Positions 37,901 to 48,226 of a stretch of DNA of 64,000 bases are shown piece by piece. The notes below the pieces were generated by a model. That model was given only the letters and a program-made list of their open reading frames with translations. It did no database searches and was not told the origin of the DNA. Made by a program: the position numbers and the translations under genes. The stretch comes from a virus, in IMG/VR virus record IMGVR_UViG_3300018424_005577, positions 37,912 through 101,911 of that record. One strand, 5' to 3'. The first letter of the stretch is position 1. Each line of letters begins with the position of its first letter.

Positions 37901-40442
37901 TGCAATTACTGGTTCGTTAACACACACTGGCAATAGAAATCAAACTGGCAATACTACTGTGCTAGGAGAATTTACTGTTGGCGATGTTTATATCGAAGAT
38001 AATTTTATTACAACTACTTCAGGTAATCTAACATTAAGTGCAACAGGTGACATTAATGTTGATACTAATGATGTAGAAATTGCTCAAGATTTAACTGTAA
38101 GCGGCGCTACAAGTTTACAAGATACTACTATTACTGGCACAGTTACACAAACGGGTAATAGAACGCAAACTGGTAATTTAGACATTGCTGGAGAAATTAG
38201 TAACGGAAACATATTAATAGAAGATAATTTTATCACTACTACTAATTCTAATAGCGATTTAGAATTACGTGCTAATGGTGCAGGCGTAATTTTAATACCT
38301 AACAATAATATACAAATTAACAATAATCTAACTGTAAGCACAGACACAGATTTACAAGATACTACAATCACTGGCACAGTAACACACGTTGGAGATACTA
38401 CACATACTGGTAATATCACACAAGGTGGTGAATTAACAGTTGATAATGTTTACGTTGAAGATAACTTTATTACAACTACCTCTGGTAATTTAATATTAGA
38501 ATCAGCTGGCACTGGAACAATTAATGTTGACAGCAACGATGTAGAAATTGCTCAAGGCTTAACTGTAAGTGGAGCAACTAGTTTACAAGGTACTACAATT
38601 ACTGGCACTCTAACACACGTTGGTAATAGAACGCAAACTGGTAACTTAGATGTTGCTGGAGAAATTAGCAACGGCAATATTCTAATTGAAGACAACTTTA
38701 TTACTACTACAACTAGTAATTCAGATTTAGAGCTAAGAGCTAATGGCACAGGTAGAGTTATAATAGATCCCGACGATCCTATTACAATAGAAAACAATCT
38801 AAGTGTTACAGGAAATTTATTTTACACAGGCGCATTGACTATAAATGGGGATGTAGTAGTAGGTCCGAGTACACAAGACGGTAGTTTAACCGTTAGTGAA
38901 AATCTTACAATATCTGGCGAATTAGATGTAAGTGGATTTGCACAATTTGAAGAAATACTTATAAACAATAACTTTATAACAACAACAAGCACAAACGCAG
39001 ATCTTGAATTAAGAGCTTCTGCTACAGGAAATGTTGTTTTACAAGAAGAAGTTGAAGTTACAAATAATCTAAATGTAGGCGCAACACTATCTACTCAAAA
39101 TGCAAATATTGTTGATAGTGTTACAAGCAATACTTTTGATAGTTCTGGAATAACATTTACTGCAAATACAATCACTCAAAAAAATACAATATCTAATCTA
39201 GAAGTTAAAGCGAGCGGAACAGGTATAGTTACATCAAAGAATAGTGTTGTTATTGACAATGATCTAACAATAAATGGCAATACAAACATTCAAAATTTAG
39301 AATTAGCTGGCTTAACACAAACAGGTAATACAGTTCAAACTGGAGACTTGACTGTAACAGGAAATGTTACTGTAAATGATTTATTTGTCTCAGATGCAAG
39401 TTTTGATTTCGAAAAGTATGTGATAGGCGGAAATTTAATAACAACTAAAACAAACGAAGATGCAATACTTAAAGCCGCAGGTACAGGAAACATATTATTA
39501 AATGAAGGACTGACAATTGGTGGCAATCTTACTGCAAATGTAATATCTTCGGACAGTGTTTACATTGATGATAGTGTTTCGTTAGAAGTTTTAGAAGGCA
39601 GTACTGACATACAAATGTTTGACAATGTTATTACTACTTCTTTAAGCAATAGTGATTTAGAATTAAGGACAAACGGAACTGGTTCTATAACATTTGATGA
39701 TTTAGAATTCAATCAAACAACTCTTACAACACAAAATAATTTTACTTTTGCTACAGATAATCTTACAGCATCAGCATCTACAACTATACAATTACCAAAA
39801 GGAAGCTCTGCACAAAATCCTAATACCCAAGGTGCTATAAGATTTGATACAGATACAAGTACATTTGAAGGTTATAATACTAGTGTAATAGGATTTGGTG
39901 GAGTATACTCGGATGACAAACAAACTGCAATTACTGTAAACAACAGCGATGATATTAATATTTTTGTTGGTGGCTTTACCGAAGATTCTGCAGGACAAGT
40001 AGCACAAGTTTCGGGACAACAAATTAGACTACATAGTCTACAAGTAGATGATATTAATATTGATCAAAATGTTATCTCAACAAATGTAAGCAATAGTAAT
40101 CTTGAACTTACTCCAAATGGAACTGGAGTTATAACTACAGGAAACTTTAGTATTAGCGCAAATGTAATTACAAACATCGAGCCTAATGCTAACATAGAAA
40201 TAAAAGGTACAGGACAACAATGGGTTGTATTTGAAGGCAATTCAGCAATCAAGTTTCCTTCAGGCGATACAGCATCTAGACCAAGCAATCCAGTTGAAGG
40301 AATGACAAGACACAATACTGATTCTAATGAATTAGAAACCTGGATAGGAAATCAATGGCGAACTTCTGCAGGGGAATTTGCTAGTATTTCAGAAGCACAA
40401 ATGGAAGAAGAAGCGTTCGTTCAGACGCTAATCTACGGCTAA
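34995..40442 (+). CDS. Giant tail fibre/adhesin A (1815 aa): beta-helix domain plus repeated DNFITT..SN.DLELRA.GTG shaft
   Basis: YVA.NGDD.N.G...PF.TIKHAL, RSPYIQN beta-helix; ~80-aa shaft repeats; GTG start, AAGGAG RBS, TAAATA at 34968-34973. Confidence 0.8.
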   Translation: MAQVGRISGPLLQENLIRNGIDLAFRNDLSTTELLYLDVNNDKISVNKNSPTAELDVDGTLGATNLLTDATSTTINNLTFTNNRIDIFNTAVDDKIYLDAQEAIVVNNLQTEQFYIYDNKITTKDSNANIDLFANGTGTVEILSNLNVDGNLHATGNLTFDGNITFGDTLSQDTVTFSADIDSDIIPDQTGVFNLGQNGKRWGEMHVNLVNGELIDVSEYNAGGVYISFRPGNIFYVAQNGDDTNVGDTQQGPFRTIKHALDVADASVSGPVTIYVYPGEYQEQTPLVVPTNVTVVGADMRNTVIMPDSANQSEDIFHLNGETTIQNLTLKDFFYDSINDKGYGFRFAPNTTVSTRSPYIQNCTVITQGSSTPTEDPRGFSQADAGKGALVDGADVTGASQEASMLFHSCTFITPGVDALTMTNGVRVEWLNCFTYFADRGLYAVDGATGHLSTDGSTILYGAELRSIGSANIYGNYGAVADGSNTLMYLIQHNMAYIGAGKFVDNDPSRSVESQQTVELNSGRIRYQVTDHNGKYSVGDNFYIDFETGETSVDISSLTANGITGIIITDPVSGRVTRVTPTNIETGNLQFFANRLESKSGDVIVRSYTNTINLNKNTNITDNLSISGNLSFDGSLNVLGNEATDTLSLNVDIDQDFNPHETLIYSLGTDTKRWKKIFTSQVNADGITFFDNVVTTNDTNASLELRASGTGNVYVPANNILVTNDFDVLQTSNLTNVSIIGDLSTSGHINLASNFTTENAILQQGLIVGASAQFEEILVDTNVITTTNTNADLELRANGTSTVNLQENVDVTNNLSAKDISVSNTTITQNVTSDNANIGNLEINDNYIETKSINGNLTLTSLKNITIPSNNTVLGQQLTVNGTSILNSNLSITGDITQIGNTTQTGNTTVLGEFTVGDVYIEDNFITTTNSNSNLELRTNSTGEVLIPNNDVQINKDLTVSTDTDLQSTAITGSLTHTGNRNQTGNTTVLGEFTVGDVYIEDNFITTTSGNLTLSATGDINVDTNDVEIAQDLTVSGATSLQDTTITGTVTQTGNRTQTGNLDIAGEISNGNILIEDNFITTTNSNSDLELRANGAGVILIPNNNIQINNNLTVSTDTDLQDTTITGTVTHVGDTTHTGNITQGGELTVDNVYVEDNFITTTSGNLILESAGTGTINVDSNDVEIAQGLTVSGATSLQGTTITGTLTHVGNRTQTGNLDVAGEISNGNILIEDNFITTTTSNSDLELRANGTGRVIIDPDDPITIENNLSVTGNLFYTGALTINGDVVVGPSTQDGSLTVSENLTISGELDVSGFAQFEEILINNNFITTTSTNADLELRASATGNVVLQEEVEVTNNLNVGATLSTQNANIVDSVTSNTFDSSGITFTANTITQKNTISNLEVKASGTGIVTSKNSVVIDNDLTINGNTNIQNLELAGLTQTGNTVQTGDLTVTGNVTVNDLFVSDASFDFEKYVIGGNLITTKTNEDAILKAAGTGNILLNEGLTIGGNLTANVISSDSVYIDDSVSLEVLEGSTDIQMFDNVITTSLSNSDLELRTNGTGSITFDDLEFNQTTLTTQNNFTFATDNLTASASTTIQLPKGSSAQNPNTQGAIRFDTDTSTFEGYNTSVIGFGGVYSDDKQTAITVNNSDDINIFVGGFTEDSAGQVAQVSGQQIRLHSLQVDDINIDQNVISTNVSNSNLELTPNGTGVITTGNFSISANVITNIEPNANIEIKGTGQQWVVFEGNSAIKFPSGDTASRPSNPVEGMTRHNTDSNELETWIGNQWRTSAGEFASISEAQMEEEAFVQTLIYG

Positions 40443-40463
40443 TCTGCGTTTATTTTAAAATCA

Positions 40464-40599
40464 TATAAATACTATTAATGCATAGTACGACCATACTTGC
40501 AGGTACAAACTGTGGTTAGCCAGCAAAGAACCGAGAGGGTGAAAATTAGGCTAGAGGGACAGGATCCCCGTATTGAGGAGAAGAGATGGCTGTTGGTCG
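40464..40599 (+). promoter_or_regulatory. Late promoter TATAAATA plus ~110-nt structured 5' leader of fibre B
   Basis: TATAAATA 40464-40471; hairpin 40480-40500; TAGCC/GGCTA and GGG/CCC pairings; loop CGACCA complementary to TGGTCG in codons 3-5. Confidence 0.55.
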
Positions 40600-43500
40600 C
40601 ATAAGTGGTCCGCTCTTAAAGCCTAACTTGATTCGTAACGGAATCGATTTAGCCTTTGAGACAGACTTATTATATCTAAAAGTAAGTGACGGTGACAATC
40701 TCATCGGCATAAAAACAACAACACCTCAATACGAATTAGACGTAAATGGTACTATTCGTACTACAAATCTAGCAGTTACAAATAGAGCAGATATCGGTAA
40801 TGTTAACATACAAGGTAACACTATCTGGTCTGATGATCAATTTTTATATCTAGGTAATGCAGAAGATATAGTCTATAACAATAGTTTACAAGTTGATAGT
40901 GTAAGCATAGAAGGTAACACTATTAGCACTAATCAATCAAACGCAAACTTAGAACTCCAACCTAATGGAACAGGAACTGTAGAAGTTCTAAGTGATATGA
41001 ATGTTACAGGAAACATTCATGCAACAGGCAATATATCAGCAGATGGTAATATAAGTATTGGCGATGCTGACACAGATAATGTAACTTTCAACGCAGAAAT
41101 TGCATCAAACATAATTCCAGATCAAAACGATACCTATAAGCTAGGCGAAAATGGAAAAATTTGGAATGACGTTTGGGTCAATCAACTTTACGCAACATCT
41201 GTAACATCTACAAATTTAGAAGTAGACGGTATAGATCTTACACTTAGACAAGGCAATATAGTATTTGTTGCAGAAAATGGTGACGATACTAATTCAGGCA
41301 CACATCATCAAGATCCTGTAGGTAGTGTTAAGTATGCACTAGACAATCTAGTAAGTGCAGGCGATACAGTATTTGTTTATCCTGGAATTTATGAAGAAGA
41401 ATTTCCTTTAACTATTCCGTCAGGAGTTACACTACTAGGTCAAGATCTAAGAAGTGTAACAATACAACCAACTGATGCAACAAAATTTAACAACGCAGTT
41501 TTACTTAACGGTGAAACAACGATTGAAAATATAACTATCAAAGGATTTTACAGCAGCCAATCGACTCAGACTGTTTTGACTGATACAATTGATAACCCTA
41601 CTGCATTTAGTACAAGTTTAAACGATCAATTTGCTAGAGCTGTAAGTGTTAACGAAAATTATACAATTATAAGTGCGTATGCCGAAGGTGATGCTGGTGG
41701 TACTAATTCAGGTAAAGCATACATTTATGACACAGCAACCGGTGCACTACTACATACGCTAGATAATCCAAACGCTTATAGCACAAGCGCCGGTGATAAT
41801 TTTGGATATGATGTAGATATTTCAGATACAAAGGCTATTGTAGGTGCTTGGCTAGAAGATGATGCTACCAGCGGTGGTAGTTCGGGTAAAGCATACATAT
41901 TTGATCCAGCAACAGGTGCACTACTACTTACGCTAGATAATCCAAATGCCTATCCATCCTCTACAGACCGTTTTGGCGCAAGTGTTGCAACAACAGATAC
42001 ACACGGAATAGTAGGTGCTTATTTAGAAGATGAAGCCGGCGGTACTAGTTCAGGTAAAGCATACATTTATGAATACGGGGATGTCTTTAATTTTAGCGAT
42101 GTTACTAGTATAAACATAACACAAATTGAAGTCAGGGGAGACTTAAATTTTGGTAATCCTGCCGAAGCTATAAATCTAAGACTTGCAGGAGAAACATCTT
42201 ACAATGCTTATGCTGGAACAAATGATGGTAGTGTCTGGGAGCTGGCTAATGGCAACGGAACATGGCTCGGACCTCAGCCTTCAGGAACTGCTTTAAATAT
42301 TGAATTTACTTTAGGTAATGACATTAATTTTGCGCCAGGTGGTATGACCAATTGGTGGGAAGTTAAATTAACTGTGGATTTTACTAGAAACGGTAAACCA
42401 GATGTAACTAAAGAATTAGTGTTTGGAGCACCGAATAAAAATGCAGGAACAGTCAACAGTGACGGAAGTGGTGATATTCTTTATAATATAAACCAATATT
42501 CATTTGTTTTAGATAATCCAAACGCATATAGCACAAGTACAAGTGACTATTTTGGATGGGATGTAGATATTACAGATGATTATGCTATTGTTGGTGCTTA
42601 TTTAGAAGATGATGCTGGCGGTAGTAGTTCAGGTAAGGCATACATATTTGATATAACTACTGGTAATTTAATACATACCCTAGACAATCCAAACGCTTTC
42701 GATACAAGCAACGGTGATAATTTTGGATATGCAGTAGCAATAGACGGTAACCGTGCTATAGTAGGTGCTTATGCAGAAGATGATGCAGGTGGTACTAATT
42801 CAGGTAAAGCATACATATTTGATGCAACTAATGGTAATTTAATACATACCCTAGATAATCCAAACGCTTATAGCACAAGCGCCAGTGACTATTTTGGATG
42901 GAATGTAGATATTTCAGGCAATTACGCCATTGTCGGCGCTCAGGGCGAAGATGATGCTGGCGGTAGTAGTTCAGGTAAAGCATACATATTTGATGTAATA
43001 AGCGGACAGTTACAAAGCACATTAGACAATCCAAACGCTTACGATACAAGTGCATTTGATGCTTTTGGATATAGAGTAAGTATTTCAAATACAAAAGCTC
43101 TCGTAGGTGCTTATGCAGAAGATGATGCAGGTGGTGCTAGTTCAGGTAAAGCATACATGTTTAATATAGCAGAGTCTATAGAAGACGGATATGCGTTCCG
43201 TTATGCAGACGGTGCAACTGTTTCTACTAGAAGTCCATACATAAAAAATGTCACAGTAATAACAGAGGGTACAACGGTAGCACTTGGTACTAATAGTTCA
43301 GATGACCCTAGAGGATTTAACGCAGGAAATGCAGGTAAAGGTGTTTTACTTGATGGTAGTGCTCTAGCAGATGGAAGTAGAGAAGCAAGTATGCTTTTCC
43401 ATGCTGTAACATTTATAACACCTGGCGTAGATACAGTACAAGTAACAAACGGTGGTAGAATAGAATGGCTTAACTCGTTCACTTATTTTGCAAACAGAAG

Positions 43501-46500
43501 TTTTTATGCCTATGACGGTGTACAAGGAAAATACAGTGACGGTAAAACAAGAATTAGGTTAAGCGGTGTAAGCGGTACATTTGCCGCAGGCGAAACTGTA
43601 ACATTCACTTCAACTGATGCAAGCACAGTTTACACTAAAGTAATAGATGGCTATGACAGCAATACTAATGTAATTACTATTCCTGGTAAAGACGTTGATT
43701 TACTTGACTTTGATAAAACGCCGCAAAGCATTTCCTCAACAGGCGGCGCAACTGCAACAGCAATAGAAAACGTTGATGTAAGAGACTTTGGTGCAGAAGT
43801 GCGTATGATCGGTAGTGCTTCTATATATGGTAATTTTGGTTTAGTCGGTGACGGCGAAGGCGTACTAATTTACGCTATAGGACACAATCTTGCTTACATA
43901 GGAAATGGCAAAGAAGTTACTAACGATGACATAACAGTAGTGCAAGCAAATGAAGTTGTTACTGCTAACGGTGCAAAAATTAGATATAACTCTGTTGATC
44001 ACAAAGGTGACTTTAGAGTAGGTGATTTATTTTATGTAAATCAAGAAACTGGCACAGTAAGTTTTGCAGTAACTGATTTTAACATTGACACAACAAATGG
44101 CGTAACAATTACAGACGGATCTAACACAACTTTAATAGAAGGGTCGAAGATAGATGTAGGTGATTGGAGAATTAGTAACAATACAATAGAAACGCTTACG
44201 CTTGATGCTGTAATTGACGCAGTGGGTGATATCGAATTAGATTCTAATGTTAATATCACAGGAAATTTAGATGTTACAGGTAATGTTACTGTAGGCGGTA
44301 ACATTACTATAGGTGACGATGCAAATGACACAATTCAGTTTGTAGCAGGCATAGACTCAGATATTGTTCCAAGTGCAGATAATACTTATGATTTAGGTAC
44401 AGTATCTAAAACATGGAAAAGTCTACAAGTTAATGAGATTGCAGTTGATGCAATCCAAATTAAAGACAATTACATTACAACTACAGAATCAAACTCAGAT
44501 CTAGAACTAAGAGCTAGTGGTACAGGAGAAATACTTGTACCAAATAATAATGTACAAATAGATAATAATCTAACTGTTAACGGTATTACTTCATTAGGTG
44601 ATACAAATGTATCAGGTACCTTTTCTCTAGATGGAGACTTTACTCATACAGGTACTGTAACTGTAGGACAAGACTTTACAGTTAGTCAAAATCTTACTGT
44701 TGGTGCTGATGCTCAGTTTGAAGAAATATTAATAGATGGTAATGTAATTACTACAACAACTTCTAATGCTGATTTAGATTTAAGAGCCGCAGGCACCGGT
44801 AGAATACTTGTACCAAACAACGATGTTAACATAACAAATGACCTAGCAGTAACAGGTGATATAACTGCTGACAACTTAACAGCAACTGCCAACATAACAG
44901 TAAATGATGCTAACATAGGCGATGTACAAATTAGCGGTACAACTGTTGAAGCAACTGCATCAAATGCAGATTTAGAATTACGTGCTAACGGAACAGGCGA
45001 CATACTAGTTCCAAGTAACGATGTTATTCTTTCACAAGACTTAACTGTACAAGGTAATACAACGCTACAAAACACAGCCGTAAACGGTGATATTACTCAT
45101 GTTGGTAATACAACACAGACAGGTAATGTTACTATAGCAGGAGAATGGACTAACGGCAACATTTACATAGAAGATAACTTTGTTACAACAACTCAAAGCA
45201 ATTCGGATTTAGAACTAAGAGCTAGTGGCACAGGAGAAATCCTTGTGCCTAACAACAACGTACAAATAGATAATAATCTTACTGTAAGCGGCACTACAGA
45301 TTTACAAAATACAACTGTAACAGGAACTATCACACATGCTGGCAATGCAACACAAACCGGTAATTATACAATTACTGGTAGTTGGACTAACGGCGATATT
45401 CAAATTGACTCTAATACAATTGAAACAACTCTTTCTAATAGTGACTTAGAACTACGTGCAAGCGGTAGTGGCACAATTAATGTACCGAACAATAATGTTA
45501 CATTTAGCCAGGCACTTACTGTAAGCGGTGCTACCGATTTACAAAACACAACTATAACAGGTACAATAACACATACTGGAAATTTTGTACAAACAGGTAA
45601 TTTTGATATAGCAGGAACCATATCAAATGGCAATATACAGGTAGCAGGTAATGTTGTTGAAACTACTGTTTCAAACAGTGATTTAGAATTACGTGCTAGT
45701 GGCACAGGAGAAGTCCTTGTGCCTAATAATAATGTACAAATTGATAACAACTTGACTGTTAGTGGAGCAACAGACTTACAAGGTACAAATGTAAGCGGAA
45801 CAATAACACACACTGGCGACACAACACAAACTGGAAACTATACAATTTCCGGAACGTTTACAAATGGTGATATTCAAATTGCTGGCAATGTTGTTGAAAC
45901 AACTCTTTCAAATAGTGACTTAGAACTTAGAGCTAGTGGCAGCGGTACAATTAATGTACCTAGCAATGATGTTACATTTAGCCAGACATTAACTGTTAAT
46001 GGCTCAACAACTTTAGCCGATACTAGTATTACAGGTAATATCACACATACAGGAAACATTACTCAAACTGGTAATTTTAACATTGCAGGTGAGATATCTA
46101 ACGGAAACATATTAATAGAAGATAATTTTATCACTACTACTAATTCTAATAGTGATTTAGAATTACGTGCTAATGGCACAGGTAAACTATTAATTCCTAA
46201 CAATGATGTTGAAATAACTAACGATCTTTATGTCACAGGAGATGCATATTTAGGTTACACAGAACTAACTGGTAATGTTACTATTACTGGCGATATTACT
46301 CAATCAGGCAACTATTCTATTACTAATAATGTATCAGTTGGCCAAAATTTAACTGTTACACAAAAAGCACAATTAGAAGAAATACTAATTGATGACAACT
46401 TTATTACTACAACAACTTCTAATACTGATCTCGAACTTAGAGCAAGCGGTACAGGAAAAGTTTTAATACCTAGTAATGATGTAGATATTACAAATAATCT

Positions 46501-47890
46501 AGCAGTAACAGGCGACATTTCAAGTCAAAATGTTACAGTATCTGGAACGACTACAGCAGATAGATTTACAACTGGTGATATCGTAATTGATGACAACTAT
46601 ATTACTACAACTAATAGCAACAGTAATTTAGAGTTGCGTTCAAGTGGTACTGGAAATATCTATATGCCAGACAATGATGTAGTCGTTGAACAGGATTTAA
46701 CAGTATCTGGGACAACTAATCTTGCTCAAACTACTATTACAGGCGATATTACTCATACAGGTAATACCGTGCAAACTGGTAATATAACACTAACAGGTAA
46801 CATGAATGTTACTGGAAGCGTAAACTTTAGTTCTGCCGCACAATTTGAAAATATACAAATTGCAGGAAATGTTATTGAAACTACAGAAAGTAATTCAGAT
46901 CTTGAACTTAGAGCCGCAGGTACTGGCAATGTTATTATTCCTGACAATAATGTTACTATTGCTAATACGCTAACTGTTAATGGTGTTATTAATGTTACTG
47001 ATATCTTCAGTACAGGTTCTATAGAAGCTAACAATTTTACTACTGGTGATATATTAATTGATGACAATTATATTACAACAACCTTAAGTAACAGTAATTT
47101 AGAATTACGTGCTAATGGCACTGGTAGTGTAATTATAGAAGATTTTGAATTTAGCGGTTCAACAATATCGTCTCAATCAGACATTACAATAAGCACAGTT
47201 GCAGGAAATATGATTATTGATGGCACTGGAGCACTAACTTTACCTACAGGTGATATTTCACAACGCCCAACGCCAGTAGCTGGTCAAATTAGATTTAATA
47301 ATGAAAATAGTATTTTTGAAGGCTACAATGGTAGTAATTGGATAAGATTAGACGGTGTACAAGACGCAGACGGGAATACTAAAGTTACAGCAGAATTAAC
47401 ACCTGGGGCTAATGATGATACTATTAGATTTGATGTTGCAGGAAGCACTATAGTAACTATAGACGGACAACAGATGACAGCTCCAAAAGTAATCGTTGAT
47501 GACGTCCAGCTTGACGGTAATATGATAAGTACAGTATCAGCAAACACTGATTTACAGTTTAGTGCAAACGGGACAGGTAGTGTAGTATTTGAAAACTTTG
47601 GATTTAAAGATAATACAATTACTAATACAGTATCTGGTTCTAATACAAGTTTTATTACAACAGGAACTGGTTATGTAGAGTTTGCAGATCCTTATGGTAT
47701 TGTTTTACCGGTAGGGGATAATGCAACAAGACCTGCAGGTGTAACAGGGATGGTTAGATATAATACATCGGATAAAAGGGTTGAGTTGTATGATGGAACA
47801 AGTTGGGTGTCAGTTGCAGGTGCGTCTGGCGGTATTAGTTTTGCAGATGCAGAGGACATTGCAATAGAAAAAGTATTAATATTTGGATAA
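40586..47890 (+). CDS. Giant tail fibre/adhesin B (2434 aa), paralogue of A with inserted 7-repeat FG-GAP propeller
   Basis: Same N-terminus (VGRISGPLL..NLIRNGIDLAF), beta-helix and shaft repeats as 34995; seven LDNPNA...FG..V.I....IVGA..ED..G..SGKAYIF repeats. Confidence 0.85.
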   Translation: MAVGRISGPLLKPNLIRNGIDLAFETDLLYLKVSDGDNLIGIKTTTPQYELDVNGTIRTTNLAVTNRADIGNVNIQGNTIWSDDQFLYLGNAEDIVYNNSLQVDSVSIEGNTISTNQSNANLELQPNGTGTVEVLSDMNVTGNIHATGNISADGNISIGDADTDNVTFNAEIASNIIPDQNDTYKLGENGKIWNDVWVNQLYATSVTSTNLEVDGIDLTLRQGNIVFVAENGDDTNSGTHHQDPVGSVKYALDNLVSAGDTVFVYPGIYEEEFPLTIPSGVTLLGQDLRSVTIQPTDATKFNNAVLLNGETTIENITIKGFYSSQSTQTVLTDTIDNPTAFSTSLNDQFARAVSVNENYTIISAYAEGDAGGTNSGKAYIYDTATGALLHTLDNPNAYSTSAGDNFGYDVDISDTKAIVGAWLEDDATSGGSSGKAYIFDPATGALLLTLDNPNAYPSSTDRFGASVATTDTHGIVGAYLEDEAGGTSSGKAYIYEYGDVFNFSDVTSINITQIEVRGDLNFGNPAEAINLRLAGETSYNAYAGTNDGSVWELANGNGTWLGPQPSGTALNIEFTLGNDINFAPGGMTNWWEVKLTVDFTRNGKPDVTKELVFGAPNKNAGTVNSDGSGDILYNINQYSFVLDNPNAYSTSTSDYFGWDVDITDDYAIVGAYLEDDAGGSSSGKAYIFDITTGNLIHTLDNPNAFDTSNGDNFGYAVAIDGNRAIVGAYAEDDAGGTNSGKAYIFDATNGNLIHTLDNPNAYSTSASDYFGWNVDISGNYAIVGAQGEDDAGGSSSGKAYIFDVISGQLQSTLDNPNAYDTSAFDAFGYRVSISNTKALVGAYAEDDAGGASSGKAYMFNIAESIEDGYAFRYADGATVSTRSPYIKNVTVITEGTTVALGTNSSDDPRGFNAGNAGKGVLLDGSALADGSREASMLFHAVTFITPGVDTVQVTNGGRIEWLNSFTYFANRSFYAYDGVQGKYSDGKTRIRLSGVSGTFAAGETVTFTSTDASTVYTKVIDGYDSNTNVITIPGKDVDLLDFDKTPQSISSTGGATATAIENVDVRDFGAEVRMIGSASIYGNFGLVGDGEGVLIYAIGHNLAYIGNGKEVTNDDITVVQANEVVTANGAKIRYNSVDHKGDFRVGDLFYVNQETGTVSFAVTDFNIDTTNGVTITDGSNTTLIEGSKIDVGDWRISNNTIETLTLDAVIDAVGDIELDSNVNITGNLDVTGNVTVGGNITIGDDANDTIQFVAGIDSDIVPSADNTYDLGTVSKTWKSLQVNEIAVDAIQIKDNYITTTESNSDLELRASGTGEILVPNNNVQIDNNLTVNGITSLGDTNVSGTFSLDGDFTHTGTVTVGQDFTVSQNLTVGADAQFEEILIDGNVITTTTSNADLDLRAAGTGRILVPNNDVNITNDLAVTGDITADNLTATANITVNDANIGDVQISGTTVEATASNADLELRANGTGDILVPSNDVILSQDLTVQGNTTLQNTAVNGDITHVGNTTQTGNVTIAGEWTNGNIYIEDNFVTTTQSNSDLELRASGTGEILVPNNNVQIDNNLTVSGTTDLQNTTVTGTITHAGNATQTGNYTITGSWTNGDIQIDSNTIETTLSNSDLELRASGSGTINVPNNNVTFSQALTVSGATDLQNTTITGTITHTGNFVQTGNFDIAGTISNGNIQVAGNVVETTVSNSDLELRASGTGEVLVPNNNVQIDNNLTVSGATDLQGTNVSGTITHTGDTTQTGNYTISGTFTNGDIQIAGNVVETTLSNSDLELRASGSGTINVPSNDVTFSQTLTVNGSTTLADTSITGNITHTGNITQTGNFNIAGEISNGNILIEDNFITTTNSNSDLELRANGTGKLLIPNNDVEITNDLYVTGDAYLGYTELTGNVTITGDITQSGNYSITNNVSVGQNLTVTQKAQLEEILIDDNFITTTTSNTDLELRASGTGKVLIPSNDVDITNNLAVTGDISSQNVTVSGTTTADRFTTGDIVIDDNYITTTNSNSNLELRSSGTGNIYMPDNDVVVEQDLTVSGTTNLAQTTITGDITHTGNTVQTGNITLTGNMNVTGSVNFSSAAQFENIQIAGNVIETTESNSDLELRAAGTGNVIIPDNNVTIANTLTVNGVINVTDIFSTGSIEANNFTTGDILIDDNYITTTLSNSNLELRANGTGSVIIEDFEFSGSTISSQSDITISTVAGNMIIDGTGALTLPTGDISQRPTPVAGQIRFNNENSIFEGYNGSNWIRLDGVQDADGNTKVTAELTPGANDDTIRFDVAGSTIVTIDGQQMTAPKVIVDDVQLDGNMISTVSANTDLQFSANGTGSVVFENFGFKDNTITNTVSGSNTSFITTGTGYVEFADPYGIVLPVGDNATRPAGVTGMVRYNTSDKRVELYDGTSWVSVAGASGGISFADAEDIAIEKVLIFG

Positions 47891-47896
47891 TGAGAA

Positions 47897-48226
47897 ATGG
47901 CAACACTATTAAAAAATACAGTAATTAAAAGTTGTGGTACACAACCGGTGCTGATCTACGAAACTTTACCTACAACTAGGGTAACAGTGTTAGGTTTAAG
48001 TTTTACAAATCTAACAGATAAATTTTTATATGTAGATGTTATCGTAGAAGACGACACAAGTGTTTCAGGTTATTATTTAAAAGATTCAATTTTACCAGCA
48101 GGATCAAGTTTGAGAGCAGTAAGTACAGGTGAAAAATTAGTATTAGCACCTAGCAATAGATTACTTGTTAGATCTAGTTTAGATGATTCTGTTGATGTTA
48201 TTGTTAGTTACGTGGAGATTACATAA
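47897..48226 (+). CDS. Small beta-rich structural/adaptor protein (paralogue 2 of 3)
   Basis: IYE, GEKLVLAP, VSYVEIT. Confidence 0.75.
   Translation: MATLLKNTVIKSCGTQPVLIYETLPTTRVTVLGLSFTNLTDKFLYVDVIVEDDTSVSGYYLKDSILPAGSSLRAVSTGEKLVLAPSNRLLVRSSLDDSVDVIVSYVEIT

Noticed and set aside
37034-47547. Many short Val/Leu-rich antisense ORFs, and CRISPR or DGR interpretation of the repeats
   Set aside because: Antisense shadows of in-frame protein repeats; no spacer pattern, no reverse transcriptase, no adenine-specific TR/VR pair seen
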